A stretch of 64,000 nt of DNA from contig CAMDAF010000001.1 in NCBI GenBank assembly GCA_945888525.1, positions 160,059 through 224,058 of the forward strand, read 5' to 3'. Shown one piece after another: positions 1-11,677 of the stretch. Position numbers and translations under genes: made by a program. The stretch is from Chitinophaga pinensis (GTDB lineage: Bacteria > Bacteroidota > Bacteroidia > NS11-12g > UBA955). The stretch's first letter is position 1. Each line of letters opens with the position of its first letter. The notes under the pieces are model-generated. The model did no database searches. It was not told the DNA's origin and worked only from the letters and a program-made list of their open reading frames with translations.

Positions 1-2
1 GT

Positions 3-1481
3 GAAAAATGCATTATAGAGGGGGAGTTTGCCCTCGATCTTAAGCAATATGAATCTGTGTTTTCTGCTTTGGATATTGATTTTGAAGATGTCTGTATCAT
101 AAGGCGCGAAATCAATACCAATGGTAAAACAAGGACTTTCATCAACGATACACCAGTTTCACTTCAGCAACTTCGGTTCTTAAGCGCTTCCTTAGTAAGC
201 ATACATTCTCAACACGAGAATACCCAGTTAAATGATAAACACTTCCAATTTGATTTATTAGATTCATTTGCTGAGATTAATAGCGTTGTACAAACGTATC
301 AATCGGGTTTTGTTCTGTATCGAAAAAATCAAAATGAAATACAGCAATTAAATAGTCAACAAAAGGCTTTGCTTAAAGAAAAAGACTATTTTCAATTTCT
401 TTTAAATGAATTTGAACTGGCTGCTCTTCAAGAAAATGAAGAAGACTTATTGGACAATGAACTTTTGATTTTAAATAATGCTGAACAAGTTTCTCAAGTT
501 ACAAGCCAACTTATAAATACTGTTTCTGATTCAGAGCAATCAATCGTGGATACTTTAAATCAACTTAAATCTAAGTTTAAAGCCATTGAGAATGTGCACG
601 TTTCGGCTTCAGATATTTACACGCGATTGCAATCAAGTATCATTGAATTAAAAGATATAGCATCTGAAGCTGCATCTCTTAAAGAACTGGTGCAAGGGGA
701 TCCAAATCGAATTGAGCTCATCAACGAACGCTTGAATTTAATTCAAACGTTAAAGCGAAAGCATGCTGCAAATGGTTTTAATGATTTGTTTGCAATAAAT
801 GAGTCAATAGCTGATCAATTGTTTAATATTGGTAACATTGATCAGAAATTAGAAATTCTTAACGAAGAAAATGCAAAATTGTTTGCAAAGCTTAAAGGTG
901 AGGCCCAATCGATTCATAAATCTAGGATCAAATCTTCACGATCTTTAAAATCAAATATTGAAACAATTTTGCATGGTTTAGAAATGCCAAATGCTCAAAT
1001 TGAATTTGACATGCATGAATTACCCGATTTAAATGAGTTTGGTTGCACAGAATTAGCGCTTAAATTTACCGCCAATTTAGGAATGCCTCTACAAGCACTA
1101 AATAAAGTGGCTTCAGGAGGTGAGCTTAGTCGCCTTGCATTAAGTATTAGAAATATCGAAGCCAAACACAAACAGCTGAATACCCTTGTTTTTGATGAAA
1201 TTGATACGGGTGTATCTGGAAAAGTTGCAGACACCATCGGTCAAGTATTTCGTCAAATTTCCTCTGCTCATCAGATTATTGCTATTACGCACTTGCCCCA
1301 AGTGGCAGGCTATGGCGATGCACACTTTATGGTTTGCAAAAAAGAAGAAGCAAATACCACAGTTTCTTATTTAAAAGAATTAAATTCCAATGAAAGGGTA
1401 GATGAGTTGGCTAAAATGCTTAGCGGTAATGAAGCCACTGAAATCGCCAAACAAAATGCCCTTGAATTGTTAAAAGTATAA
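3..1481 (+). CDS. recN: DNA repair protein RecN (5'-truncated by window edge)
   Basis: Frame is open from base 3 (EKCIIEGEF...). Long coiled coil, ABC signature ASGGE, Walker B LVFDEIDTGVSG and the ITHLPQVA motif. Confidence 0.96.
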   Translation, partial: EKCIIEGEFALDLKQYESVFSALDIDFEDVCIIRREINTNGKTRTFINDTPVSLQQLRFLSASLVSIHSQHENTQLNDKHFQFDLLDSFAEINSVVQTYQSGFVLYRKNQNEIQQLNSQQKALLKEKDYFQFLLNEFELAALQENEEDLLDNELLILNNAEQVSQVTSQLINTVSDSEQSIVDTLNQLKSKFKAIENVHVSASDIYTRLQSSIIELKDIASEAASLKELVQGDPNRIELINERLNLIQTLKRKHAANGFNDLFAINESIADQLFNIGNIDQKLEILNEENAKLFAKLKGEAQSIHKSRIKSSRSLKSNIETILHGLEMPNAQIEFDMHELPDLNEFGCTELALKFTANLGMPLQALNKVASGGELSRLALSIRNIEAKHKQLNTLVFDEIDTGVSGKVADTIGQVFRQISSAHQIIAITHLPQVAGYGDAHFMVCKKEEANTTVSYLKELNSNERVDELAKMLSGNEATEIAKQNALELLKV

Positions 1482-1482
1482 T

Positions 1483-1647
1483 ATGTTAGCAACCATACTT
1501 TCCGCATTATTTGTAATCGCTATAGCATTTGCTTATTACAAAGACTACAAAGACCATTTAAAGATTTGGGGTAAGAAGGAATACAAATTATATTTACTTG
1601 TCATTGGCACTATTGTCCTTGTTGTTGTAAAGAAAATATTTTTTTAG
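1483..1647 (+). CDS. 54-aa small membrane protein (not in ORF track)
   Basis: ATG 1 nt after the recN stop. Translates to MLATILSALFVIAIAFAYYKDYKDHLKIWGKKEYKLYLLVIGTIVLVVVKKIFF*, with two hydrophobic helices. Fills the recN/VF530 gap almost exactly. Confidence 0.65.
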   Translation: MLATILSALFVIAIAFAYYKDYKDHLKIWGKKEYKLYLLVIGTIVLVVVKKIFF

Positions 1648-1650
1648 GTT

Positions 1651-1887
1651 CTACATTTTACCTTGAGACTCTTTGCGCTTAACGTATAGATAGAAACCTT
1701 CAACTTTAGTCCTTGCCCATGGGGTTTTTCTCAGAAAAGTTAAACTCGATTTAAGACTTGGGTTGGTCCTGAAACAATTGATACTGATTTCATCAGAAAG
1801 TTCTTCCCAGCCAAATTTTTCAACCAGATAAACTAAAATAGTTTCTAAAGTTAAACCGTGTAGTGGATTGTTTTTCTGTGTCTCCAT
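1651..1887 (-). CDS. VF530/DUF2132 family small protein
   Basis: [10 protein letters not shown]...GWEEL...[22 protein letters not shown] is the characteristic family sequence. Confidence 0.9.
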   Translation of the reverse strand: METQKNNPLHGLTLETILVYLVEKFGWEELSDEISINCFRTNPSLKSSLTFLRKTPWARTKVEGFYLYVKRKESQGKM

Positions 1888-1942
1888 TTCAATTTCTTAG
1901 TAAATAGCAAATCTAGGGGTAAATTAAATATATCTCTTAACT

Positions 1943-2650
1943 TTATTCCAGTTGCTTTAAAATTGCTTCTTTAGACATGAATCCATTGTGCGACCACTTT
2001 AAAATTCCATTTTGATACAATTGCAATTCTGGTAAACCTTCAATATTTAAAGATTTTAATAAGGCTTGGTTGTCATCAGCATTGATGCGTATTATTTTTA
2101 ATGTGCTTGCTTGTTCTACTGTTAATTCTTCTAAAAATGGTTTCATTCTTAAACAAGGTTCACACCAGTCGGCATAAAAGTCAATCAATACCAGTTTATC
2201 CGATTGAATTAATTTTTGAAAATCTTCTAGCAAATAACCAGCAGGCATTGTCTTGTTCTCTGTAGTTTCTTCAAGATTTTTAGCCCTCCATTTGATGATA
2301 CCTCCTTCGAGTTCATATACTTCTTTAAATCCATCAGAGCGCATTTTACTCGCTGCACTGCCGCTTCTTCCGCCACTTAAGCAGTAAACAAAAACAGGTT
2401 TGTTTTTATCTAGACCTGAAATCTCAGATTCAAAATTACTGCCGTTCCAATCATAGTTTAGTGCATGTGTTAAATGACCTTTTCTAAATTCATCCGGTGT
2501 TCTAACATCTACAATTTGGGCTAATGTTGTTTCACTGATTTTCTTTGAAAATTCAGTAGGGCTTAAAAGCTCTTTTTGTTGGTTTTTATTGGCTTGATTG
2601 CATGAAGCAAGTGACAATATAGCGACCAGTACAATTGTTATTTTATGCAT
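1943..2650 (-). CDS. Rhodanese + thioredoxin two-domain lipoprotein
   Basis: Lipobox LASC; DVRTPDEF..GH and YCLSGGRS (rhodanese); DFYADWCEPC (thioredoxin). Confidence 0.9.
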   Translation of the reverse strand: MHKITIVLVAILSLASCNQANKNQQKELLSPTEFSKKISETTLAQIVDVRTPDEFRKGHLTHALNYDWNGSNFESEISGLDKNKPVFVYCLSGGRSGSAASKMRSDGFKEVYELEGGIIKWRAKNLEETTENKTMPAGYLLEDFQKLIQSDKLVLIDFYADWCEPCLRMKPFLEELTVEQASTLKIIRINADDNQALLKSLNIEGLPELQLYQNGILKWSHNGFMSKEAILKQLE

Positions 2651-2674
2651 TTTTGATTTTATACTTTTTGTATT

Positions 2675-2926
2675 TTACTTTACTTCTTCAAAGATAACAT
2701 CTTCAATCTTTTTATCAGATTTTTTCATAGGAGGGGTCTCACAATTTCCACCAAAACAATTTCCATTGGCGCATCCAAAAGCAAACAATCCCATAGAAGC
2801 AAAATATACGCCTAAGAGAGTTCCTATGAATTGTTTTGAGATGATTGATTGCACGATAATGGTAATTCCCATTGCCAAATACAATCCTCTTTGAAAGGTC
2901 CAAGCAGTTAAAAGGCGTTTTTTCAT
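2675..2926 (-). CDS. Small membrane protein with GCxxGxC motif
   Basis: Two TM segments followed by GCANGNCFGGNC. Tightly spaced within the rhodanese operon. Confidence 0.7.
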   Translation of the reverse strand: MKKRLLTAWTFQRGLYLAMGITIIVQSIISKQFIGTLLGVYFASMGLFAFGCANGNCFGGNCETPPMKKSDKKIEDVIFEEVK

Positions 2927-2927
2927 T

Positions 2928-3245
2928 TTAATTGATTTTATTTTTTAATCCAATCCAAGAACCACCATTAAATACTTGCTCATAACCATTTGCTTTTAAA
3001 ATGTTTTTGGCTGATGCGCTTCTCATTCCACTTGCGCAGCAGGTGATAATTGGTTTTTGTTTGTCTTTTAATTGGCCAAGGTTTTTACCCAAGGTATCAA
3101 CAGAGATGTTTAACGAGCCTTTTATATGACCTGCTGCAAATTCTCCTTTGCTTCTAACATCCAAAATAATAGCACCTTGTTTTACCAAAGCGGCATAATC
3201 TACCTTAGGACCTAGACCTAATAATTGTTTAATCGTATTTAACAT
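2928..3245 (-). CDS. Rhodanese-like domain protein
   Basis: LDVRSKGEFAAGHIKGS and the CCASGMRS active-site loop. Confidence 0.92.
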   Translation of the reverse strand: MLNTIKQLLGLGPKVDYAALVKQGAIILDVRSKGEFAAGHIKGSLNISVDTLGKNLGQLKDKQKPIITCCASGMRSASAKNILKANGYEQVFNGGSWIGLKNKIN

Positions 3246-3253
3246 GACAAGTA

Positions 3254-3517
3254 TTAATTAATGTCCATCCACGAACCACCATTATAACACTCAAGACCTT
3301 GAGCCGTTAAAAATTTTTGTGCCTGTCCACTTCTATTGCCTGATGCACAGCAGAGTATTAATGGTTTTTTTGCTTTTTTTAAGACTTCTATTTGATTAGG
3401 AATGTCTTGAAGCGGAATGTTAATTGACTCGACTACATGACCACCTTGAAATTCTTCTAAAGAGCGCACATCAACAACTGTACATTGCTTGTTTTTTACC
3501 AATTCTTGGATATTCAT
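3254..3517 (-). CDS. Rhodanese-like domain protein
   Basis: VDVRSLEEFQGGHV and CCASGNRS. Paralogous to the 2928-3245 product (shared NGGSW). Confidence 0.9.
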   Translation of the reverse strand: MNIQELVKNKQCTVVDVRSLEEFQGGHVVESINIPLQDIPNQIEVLKKAKKPLILCCASGNRSGQAQKFLTAQGLECYNGGSWMDIN

Positions 3518-3714
3518 TTTTTATTTCTTGATTTAAACATATCTGAAATTAATCCACCCACCAAAGCGCCATAGGCTGAGCTGTTTAATGGCTTTGAAGT
3601 AATAGCGCAAGTACCACTAGCACATCCTACGTAATGGTAGTACAAATATCCAAAGATAGCTCCCAAACCAATGCCAATAAATAACAGTTTATGTGATAGA
3701 AGTTTTTGAATCAT
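3514..3714 (-). CDS. DUF6132-like small membrane protein
   Basis: GYLYYHYVGCASGTCAITSKP motif and two TM helices. 4-nt overlap with the next gene. Confidence 0.8.
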   Translation of the reverse strand: MIQKLLSHKLLFIGIGLGAIFGYLYYHYVGCASGTCAITSKPLNSSAYGALVGGLISDMFKSRNKK

Positions 3715-3770
3715 GACTTACAAATAGATTAATTGAGAGGCAAAATTCAAATATTTTCATTTGTGATTCA

Positions 3771-3784
3771 GTAACTTTTGTTAC
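3771..3784. promoter_or_regulatory. Palindromic operator candidate GTAAC-N4-GTTAC upstream of the rhodanese operon
   Basis: gtaac tttt gttac lies about 57 nt upstream of the 3714 start. Confidence 0.5.
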
Positions 3785-3820
3785 ACAAAGAAAATTTAAC
3801 TTCAATTTTTTATGAAAATA

Positions 3821-4159
3821 TTATCGCTTAGATATTTTGTTGTTGCTAATTAACTTTTGCATGCTGCATTTGAATCGGTCAATTGCTTGATTGCGTTTTG
3901 CTGCATGCTTGGTCTTGCAGGCTTCAACACGCTCACGCCACAGCTTGTAAGAACTGAATTTTAGTTCTTTTTTCATCAGCGACTTAACATCAGATTCTGA
4001 TAAGCCAAATTGCAAGTATATTGCATCAAATGGCGTTCGATCTTCCCAAGCCATTTCGATGATTCTGTCTTTAGATTCTTCGCTTTCCAAGACCAATTTA
4101 ACCTCATCCTCAGTTATTCGGATATGGATTGGCTTTTTCTTTTGAAGCTTTATTGGCAT
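3821..4159 (-). CDS. TIGR03643/DUF2805 family protein
   Basis: RIIEMAWEDRTPFDAI..QFGLSE..V..LM and SSYKLWRERV motifs. Confidence 0.88.
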   Translation of the reverse strand: MPIKLQKKKPIHIRITEDEVKLVLESEESKDRIIEMAWEDRTPFDAIYLQFGLSESDVKSLMKKELKFSSYKLWRERVEACKTKHAAKRNQAIDRFKCSMQKLISNNKISKR

Positions 4160-4257
4160 TATTCTAAGAACAATTTTTTACCATAAATGTTTTTTAAAAG
4201 TAAAAAATCATTTCATGGTTTGAATAATCCTTTCTTTCATGTTTTGATTTTTGCCAT

Positions 4258-4289
4258 AAAAAAAACATGGTTAATTAAACCATGTTTTC
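4258..4289 (-). terminator. Intrinsic terminator of pyrG
   Basis: AAAACATGGTT...AACCATGTTTT hairpin with an A-run on + (U-tract on the minus strand), just downstream of the pyrG stop. Confidence 0.75.
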
Positions 4290-4308
4290 AAATATAATTA
4301 CTTATAAA

Positions 4309-5961
<1,653 letters not shown>

Positions 5962-6040
5962 TTAGAATTCAATGAAAAGATGAAGTCTTTTTAGCTTGCA
6001 GATGGAGCAGATAACCGGATGACAAATGTAGGCGTTTTTA

Positions 6041-6796
6041 TTAAATCATCTCAGGATTCATTTTCAAGAAATTGTCAACAGTCAGAAGATCTTCAGGTGT
6101 GTCTATGGCCGGACTGACAAAATTTGTTTCAGTTACATGAATTTTATATCCATTTTCGAGCCACCTTAATTGTTCTAAACTTTCGGCGATTTCCATTTCA
6201 GATGGCTTGAGTTGACTTAGTTCTTTAACCAAATTGGCTCGGAAGGCATAAATGCCAATATGTCTGTAAAAGTGATTTGTGCTTGTCCATTGGTCTTCGG
6301 ATTTACTTCGAATATATGGTATACTATGTCTAGAAAAATACAGGGCCAATCCATTTTTTTGAGTCACAACCTTCACGATGTTTGGATTGAATAACTCAGA
6401 AGAATTTAAAATTGGTTTTTTTAGGGTTGCAATTTCAACCTCTGGGTTTTCAAACGCTTTAACCAAAGCTTCTATCTGACTTGGCAATATAAATGGCTCA
6501 TCGCCTTGCAAGTTAACCACAATATCAAACGGCTCAGTTAATTTTCCTACAACCTCAAAACACCGGTCTGTGCCACTTAGATGCTCTGAGGATGTCATCA
6601 CACTGTCTCCAAATTCTTGAACGTGCTTGTAAATTCTATCATCGTCTGTAGCAACAATTACCTTGGCCTTTAAATTTGTTTTTAAAGCCTGTTCATAGGT
6701 GCGTTTAACCAGAGATTTGCCATGAATATCTACCAATGGTTTGCCTTCAAAACGGCTAGAGCCGAAGCGAGATGGGATAATGATTAAAATATTCAT
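6041..6796 (-). CDS. kdsB: 3-deoxy-manno-octulosonate cytidylyltransferase
   Basis: IIPSRFGSSRFEGKPL, SGTDR, NLQGDEP, ESLEQLRWLENG. Confidence 0.95.
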   Translation of the reverse strand: MNILIIIPSRFGSSRFEGKPLVDIHGKSLVKRTYEQALKTNLKAKVIVATDDDRIYKHVQEFGDSVMTSSEHLSGTDRCFEVVGKLTEPFDIVVNLQGDEPFILPSQIEALVKAFENPEVEIATLKKPILNSSELFNPNIVKVVTQKNGLALYFSRHSIPYIRSKSEDQWTSTNHFYRHIGIYAFRANLVKELSQLKPSEMEIAESLEQLRWLENGYKIHVTETNFVSPAIDTPEDLLTVDNFLKMNPEMI

Positions 6797-6810
6797 TTTT
6801 TTACTCTTTA

Positions 6811-9315
6811 TTAAAACGAAACACTCATACCAATCTTGATGCCAAAGCGTCTAACGCCTGGGGTGTTCAATTGTGTTATTCTGTGAACTGCAACTATTTG
6901 CAATACTTTAAAAATATTCTCAATTCCATAAGCAACTTCAACATAAGGATCTCGGTTTATTCTATTGTCAATTGGAGTTACTTCAATGCTTTTGTTGTCC
7001 CATTGTGGAATTAAATCGATGTTCTTTTGACTAATTCCGCCCAAAACAGCGCGCCCTTCACAAAACTCCCTCCACTTTAATTTTTTCATTAAGGGTATAC
7101 GGTTAAAAATTGCACCATTGAAATGATGTTCCATTTTGAAAAATACACTTTTATCTGTTATGAATTCAAAAAAATTCATCAAGTTATAAGAAGATGTACT
7201 GTATACAAAAGATTGGTTACCCCTATGAACCTCCAATAATGGATAGGGAAGTGCTTCGAATATTTTTGTGCCTGACAAAGTAAAATCTGTTCGTCCCCAA
7301 TAGCCAAAACTAAGGCCTTTTTCAATTGTGGCTGTTAAGCGGTTGTAATTAAACCTGCTTCCTAACACGCCTTTTATTCCTCTGGTATAGTTGACAGACA
7401 ATGCAAGTCCTCCTGGTTTTGATTGTCTTACCCTTTCGTTGTCATTTTGTAGATAATATTCTTTTGGTGCCCAGCGCAAACTAAAGGTTGCTGTGGCATT
7501 GGTAAAATTGCTCGATTTATTTAGGGTATCTGATGGGGTATCAAAATAGGCGAAATTGAATTTATTAACAGGCGCAAATTGATATTCTTTGTGCATCAAC
7601 ACAATCTTTGCGTTCCAGCCTTTGGTAAACTCGCTGTTAAACCAAAGCTTAGATTCTTGTGTTCGGTTCAATTGACTTGCGGCGAATACTGAAACGGCCG
7701 TAAACAAATTGCTCGATCCATAATAGTCGTCGGTTACACCTATCTGTTCAACATCTTTTTTGTACGACAACCCCAGCATAGTCCAATGTTTTCGACTTAA
7801 TACCTGCTCAGCCTGAGCCTTGTATTTAAATTGTCTATCGCCAAAACCATAGGCTCCATATCCACTTAAAATGAAGCGTTTGCTGAAACTGAAATTTGTT
7901 TTTGCACCTATTCGTACTCGATTCCCCTCTATTGCATTTCGTCCGTAAACTAAGGCATAAGGACCAAAATCTATTTTACCAAAGGTCTTGTAACCATTAA
8001 ATATAATATTGATAAATTCAACATAGTTTTTAATGACTTTGACATTGGTCAAGGTATCAATCATTGCAATAACCCTTTTCTCATCATCTGATAATTCTTC
8101 ATGCCTGGCACTATCCCAATAGGCATCAGATTTTTGTGTTGCATCCTCTTTTAGTGTGATAGGATAATCGAAAAATTTCCTGGTTTTTTCAGAGTTAACT
8201 AAAATCCTTTCATACGAATTGCTGAACATTGCAATCATTCCAGCTGACTTTTTTGATATTTCTGCTATGTCAATCAAAATTCTTGTTTTAACTGGCATGT
8301 AAGCGCCGCTGCTTGTAGGCTCAAGCACTTGGGTGATTTTAAGTTTTTCAACAAAATTCAAATTGGCCTTGTTGGTGATGCTTAGTGTCAAAGACCGCAA
8401 TGCAAATGTTGAATCTTCAATCCATATATAGCCGGTGAATACCAAATCTAGAGGGTTTTTAGGGGTTACTTCTATTTGGTATATTTTCTTGTTGCTGCCT
8501 TCAGGGTAATTAGACCCAACCAACTTAAAATTATAATAAGTTAATGATGATTTGCTAATTGGCGAGATGAAACTTTTTTCAAGTATTGGCAAAATATTAT
8601 CGTTGAAATTATATTGCTGAAATGTTGAGCCCAATAACTGAGATAAGAAGGTCCCATCCTCTACGCCAACCCCTTTTACCCTAGATGCAACGATTACTTC
8701 CTTAATTTGTTTGGGGTTTTTATTGAAATAAAAATTACTTAAATTCTCGGATAAAAATATTGGTAAAACCAATTTGTTCTTGTCCTCGCTTAAATAAGAA
8801 AGGGTGTCAAATAAGCCTTCAACACTTTTTAACAAGCGTTTGTTTTTGAGTTCTTCCGAAACATTGTTGACAGCAATTTGAATTTTAGTAAAACTTTCGC
8901 ATTCGAATGAATTCAATTTTTCAATATTGTATAAGATCTTATTGCCTTGTGCTTTTTCTATTAACTTAATTGCTCTGTTAACTTTGTTTACCGTCTTCAC
9001 ACCAATTAAGGTGGTCTCCTTCGCATTCATTTTAATTTGAACCACTTGAGTAATGCCTTGGCTGACTTTTATTTTCTGAGTTTCGTACCCAACATAAGAA
9101 ACAATTAAAGTGTCTGAATTGCTTCTGGTTTTGGCTGTAAAAGTACCTTCAAAACTACTGACACATCGGTCTTCTGTGCCGGCAAAAACCATCATAGCTC
9201 CCGTGATAACCTCGTTTGTTTTAAGATCAATTATTTTCCCTTTTACAACTGTCAATTCTTGTGCTCTAAGAATTGAGCTCAAAATTAACAGCAAGCAAGT
9301 CAGTAGTAAACGCAT
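6811..9315 (-). CDS. Outer-membrane protein, carboxypeptidase-regulatory-like N-domain + DUF5686-type barrel
   Basis: Signal peptide MRLLLTCLL; SYVGYETQ N-domain; PYVEVAYGIENIFK; terminal Phe. Start moved to ATG 9315, 6 nt after a TACATTTG box. Confidence 0.8.
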   Translation of the reverse strand: MRLLLTCLLLILSSILRAQELTVVKGKIIDLKTNEVITGAMMVFAGTEDRCVSSFEGTFTAKTRSNSDTLIVSYVGYETQKIKVSQGITQVVQIKMNAKETTLIGVKTVNKVNRAIKLIEKAQGNKILYNIEKLNSFECESFTKIQIAVNNVSEELKNKRLLKSVEGLFDTLSYLSEDKNKLVLPIFLSENLSNFYFNKNPKQIKEVIVASRVKGVGVEDGTFLSQLLGSTFQQYNFNDNILPILEKSFISPISKSSLTYYNFKLVGSNYPEGSNKKIYQIEVTPKNPLDLVFTGYIWIEDSTFALRSLTLSITNKANLNFVEKLKITQVLEPTSSGAYMPVKTRILIDIAEISKKSAGMIAMFSNSYERILVNSEKTRKFFDYPITLKEDATQKSDAYWDSARHEELSDDEKRVIAMIDTLTNVKVIKNYVEFINIIFNGYKTFGKIDFGPYALVYGRNAIEGNRVRIGAKTNFSFSKRFILSGYGAYGFGDRQFKYKAQAEQVLSRKHWTMLGLSYKKDVEQIGVTDDYYGSSNLFTAVSVFAASQLNRTQESKLWFNSEFTKGWNAKIVLMHKEYQFAPVNKFNFAYFDTPSDTLNKSSNFTNATATFSLRWAPKEYYLQNDNERVRQSKPGGLALSVNYTRGIKGVLGSRFNYNRLTATIEKGLSFGYWGRTDFTLSGTKIFEALPYPLLEVHRGNQSFVYSTSSYNLMNFFEFITDKSVFFKMEHHFNGAIFNRIPLMKKLKWREFCEGRAVLGGISQKNIDLIPQWDNKSIEVTPIDNRINRDPYVEVAYGIENIFKVLQIVAVHRITQLNTPGVRRFGIKIGMSVSF

Positions 9316-9497
9316 CGAATGCAAATGTAGACTATATTGCAATATTATTAAGTGGCGAAATATTTAAAAATCATCCCCAAAATGTTGATAATCCTCAATA
9401 GGTGTTTGTTTTGTGCTGACATGCATGTGTAAAAATATCAAGCTAGATATTGTTTAAAAAAAAATGAACAAAAATATTTTTTGTTTAGTTTTTATTA

Positions 9498-9505
9498 TAT
9501 ATTTG
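9498..9505 (+). promoter_or_regulatory. Bacteroidota sigma-A -7 box (TATATTTG) for the btu operon
   Basis: Matches TAnnTTTG immediately before the riboswitch. Confidence 0.6.
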
Positions 9506-9510
9506 CCTCC

Positions 9511-9693
9511 GGTAACGGTTCCAAATTTTAAGTAATTAAAATTGGATTAAAAGGGAACAAGGGTGAAAATCCCTGACATTTCCCGATGCTGTATGTTTCT
9601 GTATTTTAGGATACAATTTCCGATTAAACACCACTGTCTATTTTGATGGGAAGGTTCGGAAATCATGAAACGAGTCAGAAGACCTGCCTTGCC
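9511..9693 (+). promoter_or_regulatory. Cobalamin (B12) riboswitch
   Basis: Conserved elements in order: AAAAGGGAA, GGTGAAAATCC, CCCGATGCTGTA, CCACTG, GGGAAGG, then the B12-box AGTCAGAAGACCTGCC. Lies directly upstream of a TonB receptor. Confidence 0.93.
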
Positions 9694-9790
9694 AATCATG
9701 TTTCATGGCTTTCGGAGAAAAGGCCTGAGGTGTATCAATACTAAGCCATTGTGCATTTCTGTTTTTCCGCTGCTGTGCGCATTTTGACCA

Positions 9791-11677
9791 ATGAAGGCAT
9801 TATTGCTCATATCGTCTATATTACTTGCACCTCTTTTGCATGCCACAAAAGATGGAGACACTTCTATTTGGAGAAATTTTGAACTTATCGCCAGCAAAGG
9901 GAATCTTAACTCTGGCTCTGTTAAAATCAATTTGCCTAGTGGTCAAGATGGCAGTCTGGCCGATGTGTTAAATAAAAACAGTGCTCTTTTTATTAAATAC
10001 TACAGTCCAGGGAGTTTGGCCAGTTCGTCAATGCGCGGAATGGGAGCTCAACACACAGCAATTTTATGGAATGGAATAAATCTCCAAAGTTGCATGAACA
10101 GTATACTCGACCTGAATCTTTTGCCTATTTTTTTTCTAGACAAAGCCTCGATTGAAACAGGCGCGAACGCCGCTTCTTGTGGAAATGGGGCAATTGCTGG
10201 TGCAATTATCCTCAACAATGAAATTAAAGAAAACCAGAGGGTTTATGGCGAAATTGGTGTTGGTAGTTTTGGACAATTCAATCTTGGTTTTGGCTCCAGT
10301 ATTAAATTGAATAAAATCTTTCTGAATACCCGATTTGTAAGCAGAAAAGCTGATAATGATTTCAAATATTATAATATTTTTAAACCAGACAAACCTAAAG
10401 AAAGACTTCAAAACAACCTGTTTATGCAACATGGTATTATGCAAGAAGCCTCGATAAGTCTAAACAGAAAACATTCATTTTATTTTAACTATTGGTACCT
10501 TGAATCTAAAAGACAACTGCCCTCTGCTATGGGCGTCTCTTTGTTGGCGCAAGAACATCAAGACGATTACAACACGATGGTGCTTTTAAAGCATGACTAT
10601 AAACTAAATCAGAAATCGAGCTTGTTGAATAAAATCGCCTATACCTCTGAAAATATAAATTATTTCAATTTGTTTTATCCAGACGCCTATAATGCTGCAA
10701 AATCCATAATTGTTGAATCGGAATTTAAAACACAATTAAACCGTTCGTTTGAGTTATTAACCTCCTTAAACAACACGCACCAAAAAGCTTGGACAGATGG
10801 ATACCGTTCAGGAATAGAGAGGAATTTAAGCTCTGTTTTTGCAAAATTAACTTGGGTCACTAAATCGCCCAAATTAAAGATTAGTATTGCCGATAGACAA
10901 TTGATTGCCAATTCAGTTTTAGCACCTGTAACCCCTGATTTTGGCGTTGAATTTCAAGCCTCTAAATCTTTAAAAATAAAAGGAAACTCAGCCTATAGCT
11001 TTAGGCTTCCTTCTTTTAACGATTTGTATTGGCAAGGTGGTGGGAATCTGAATTTATTGCCAGAAAAAGGCAAAAAACATGAGTTAAGTGTAGAATTAAA
11101 ATCTAAGAATTTTAAATTAGGGATGACCGGTTTTTACCACCAAGTTGATAATTGGATTTTATGGGTTCCCAGCGGTGGGGCTTCTTCATGGAAGGCCACA
11201 AATGCAAAGGAAATTGAAAGTAAAGGTTTTGAATTAGCCACAGAATGGAAGTATTTAATTAACAGCAATGCTTTTCTTAAATTCTTTGCACGCTACCAAT
11301 TTGTATCGAGTATTAACTCCGATGTATATGGCCCAGACAAATCTATTGTTGGCAAGCAATTGTTTTACACACCTCAACAAACTGGCATTGCCAATATTCA
11401 ATATCTATTTGGTAACAATAAAATCTCTTTAAGTTCTACATTTACCGGTAGTAGATATGCAACTGCAGACAACCACATAGATGGTTTGCTGCCTGCCTAC
11501 ACCTTGTTGAATTTTTCTGTAGCTAGAGATTTTTATTACAAATCTTTTAGGAGTTCCATTGAATTTACGGTCTGCAATCTATTAAACACCAACTATTATG
11601 TGTTTGAAAATAGACCTATGCCACTCAGAAATTATCAAATGACATTTAAATACAACATCAATTATGAACAAAAATAA
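9791..11677 (+). CDS. btuB: TonB-dependent receptor, BtuB-like (cobalamin)
   Basis: Plug motif SMRGMGAQHTAILWNG, barrel motifs FRLPSFNDLYW and NLLPEKG, RPMPLRNY near the C-terminus. Downstream of the B12 riboswitch. Confidence 0.85.
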   Translation: MKALLLISSILLAPLLHATKDGDTSIWRNFELIASKGNLNSGSVKINLPSGQDGSLADVLNKNSALFIKYYSPGSLASSSMRGMGAQHTAILWNGINLQSCMNSILDLNLLPIFFLDKASIETGANAASCGNGAIAGAIILNNEIKENQRVYGEIGVGSFGQFNLGFGSSIKLNKIFLNTRFVSRKADNDFKYYNIFKPDKPKERLQNNLFMQHGIMQEASISLNRKHSFYFNYWYLESKRQLPSAMGVSLLAQEHQDDYNTMVLLKHDYKLNQKSSLLNKIAYTSENINYFNLFYPDAYNAAKSIIVESEFKTQLNRSFELLTSLNNTHQKAWTDGYRSGIERNLSSVFAKLTWVTKSPKLKISIADRQLIANSVLAPVTPDFGVEFQASKSLKIKGNSAYSFRLPSFNDLYWQGGGNLNLLPEKGKKHELSVELKSKNFKLGMTGFYHQVDNWILWVPSGGASSWKATNAKEIESKGFELATEWKYLINSNAFLKFFARYQFVSSINSDVYGPDKSIVGKQLFYTPQQTGIANIQYLFGNNKISLSSTFTGSRYATADNHIDGLLPAYTLLNFSVARDFYYKSFRSSIEFTVCNLLNTNYYVFENRPMPLRNYQMTFKYNINYEQK

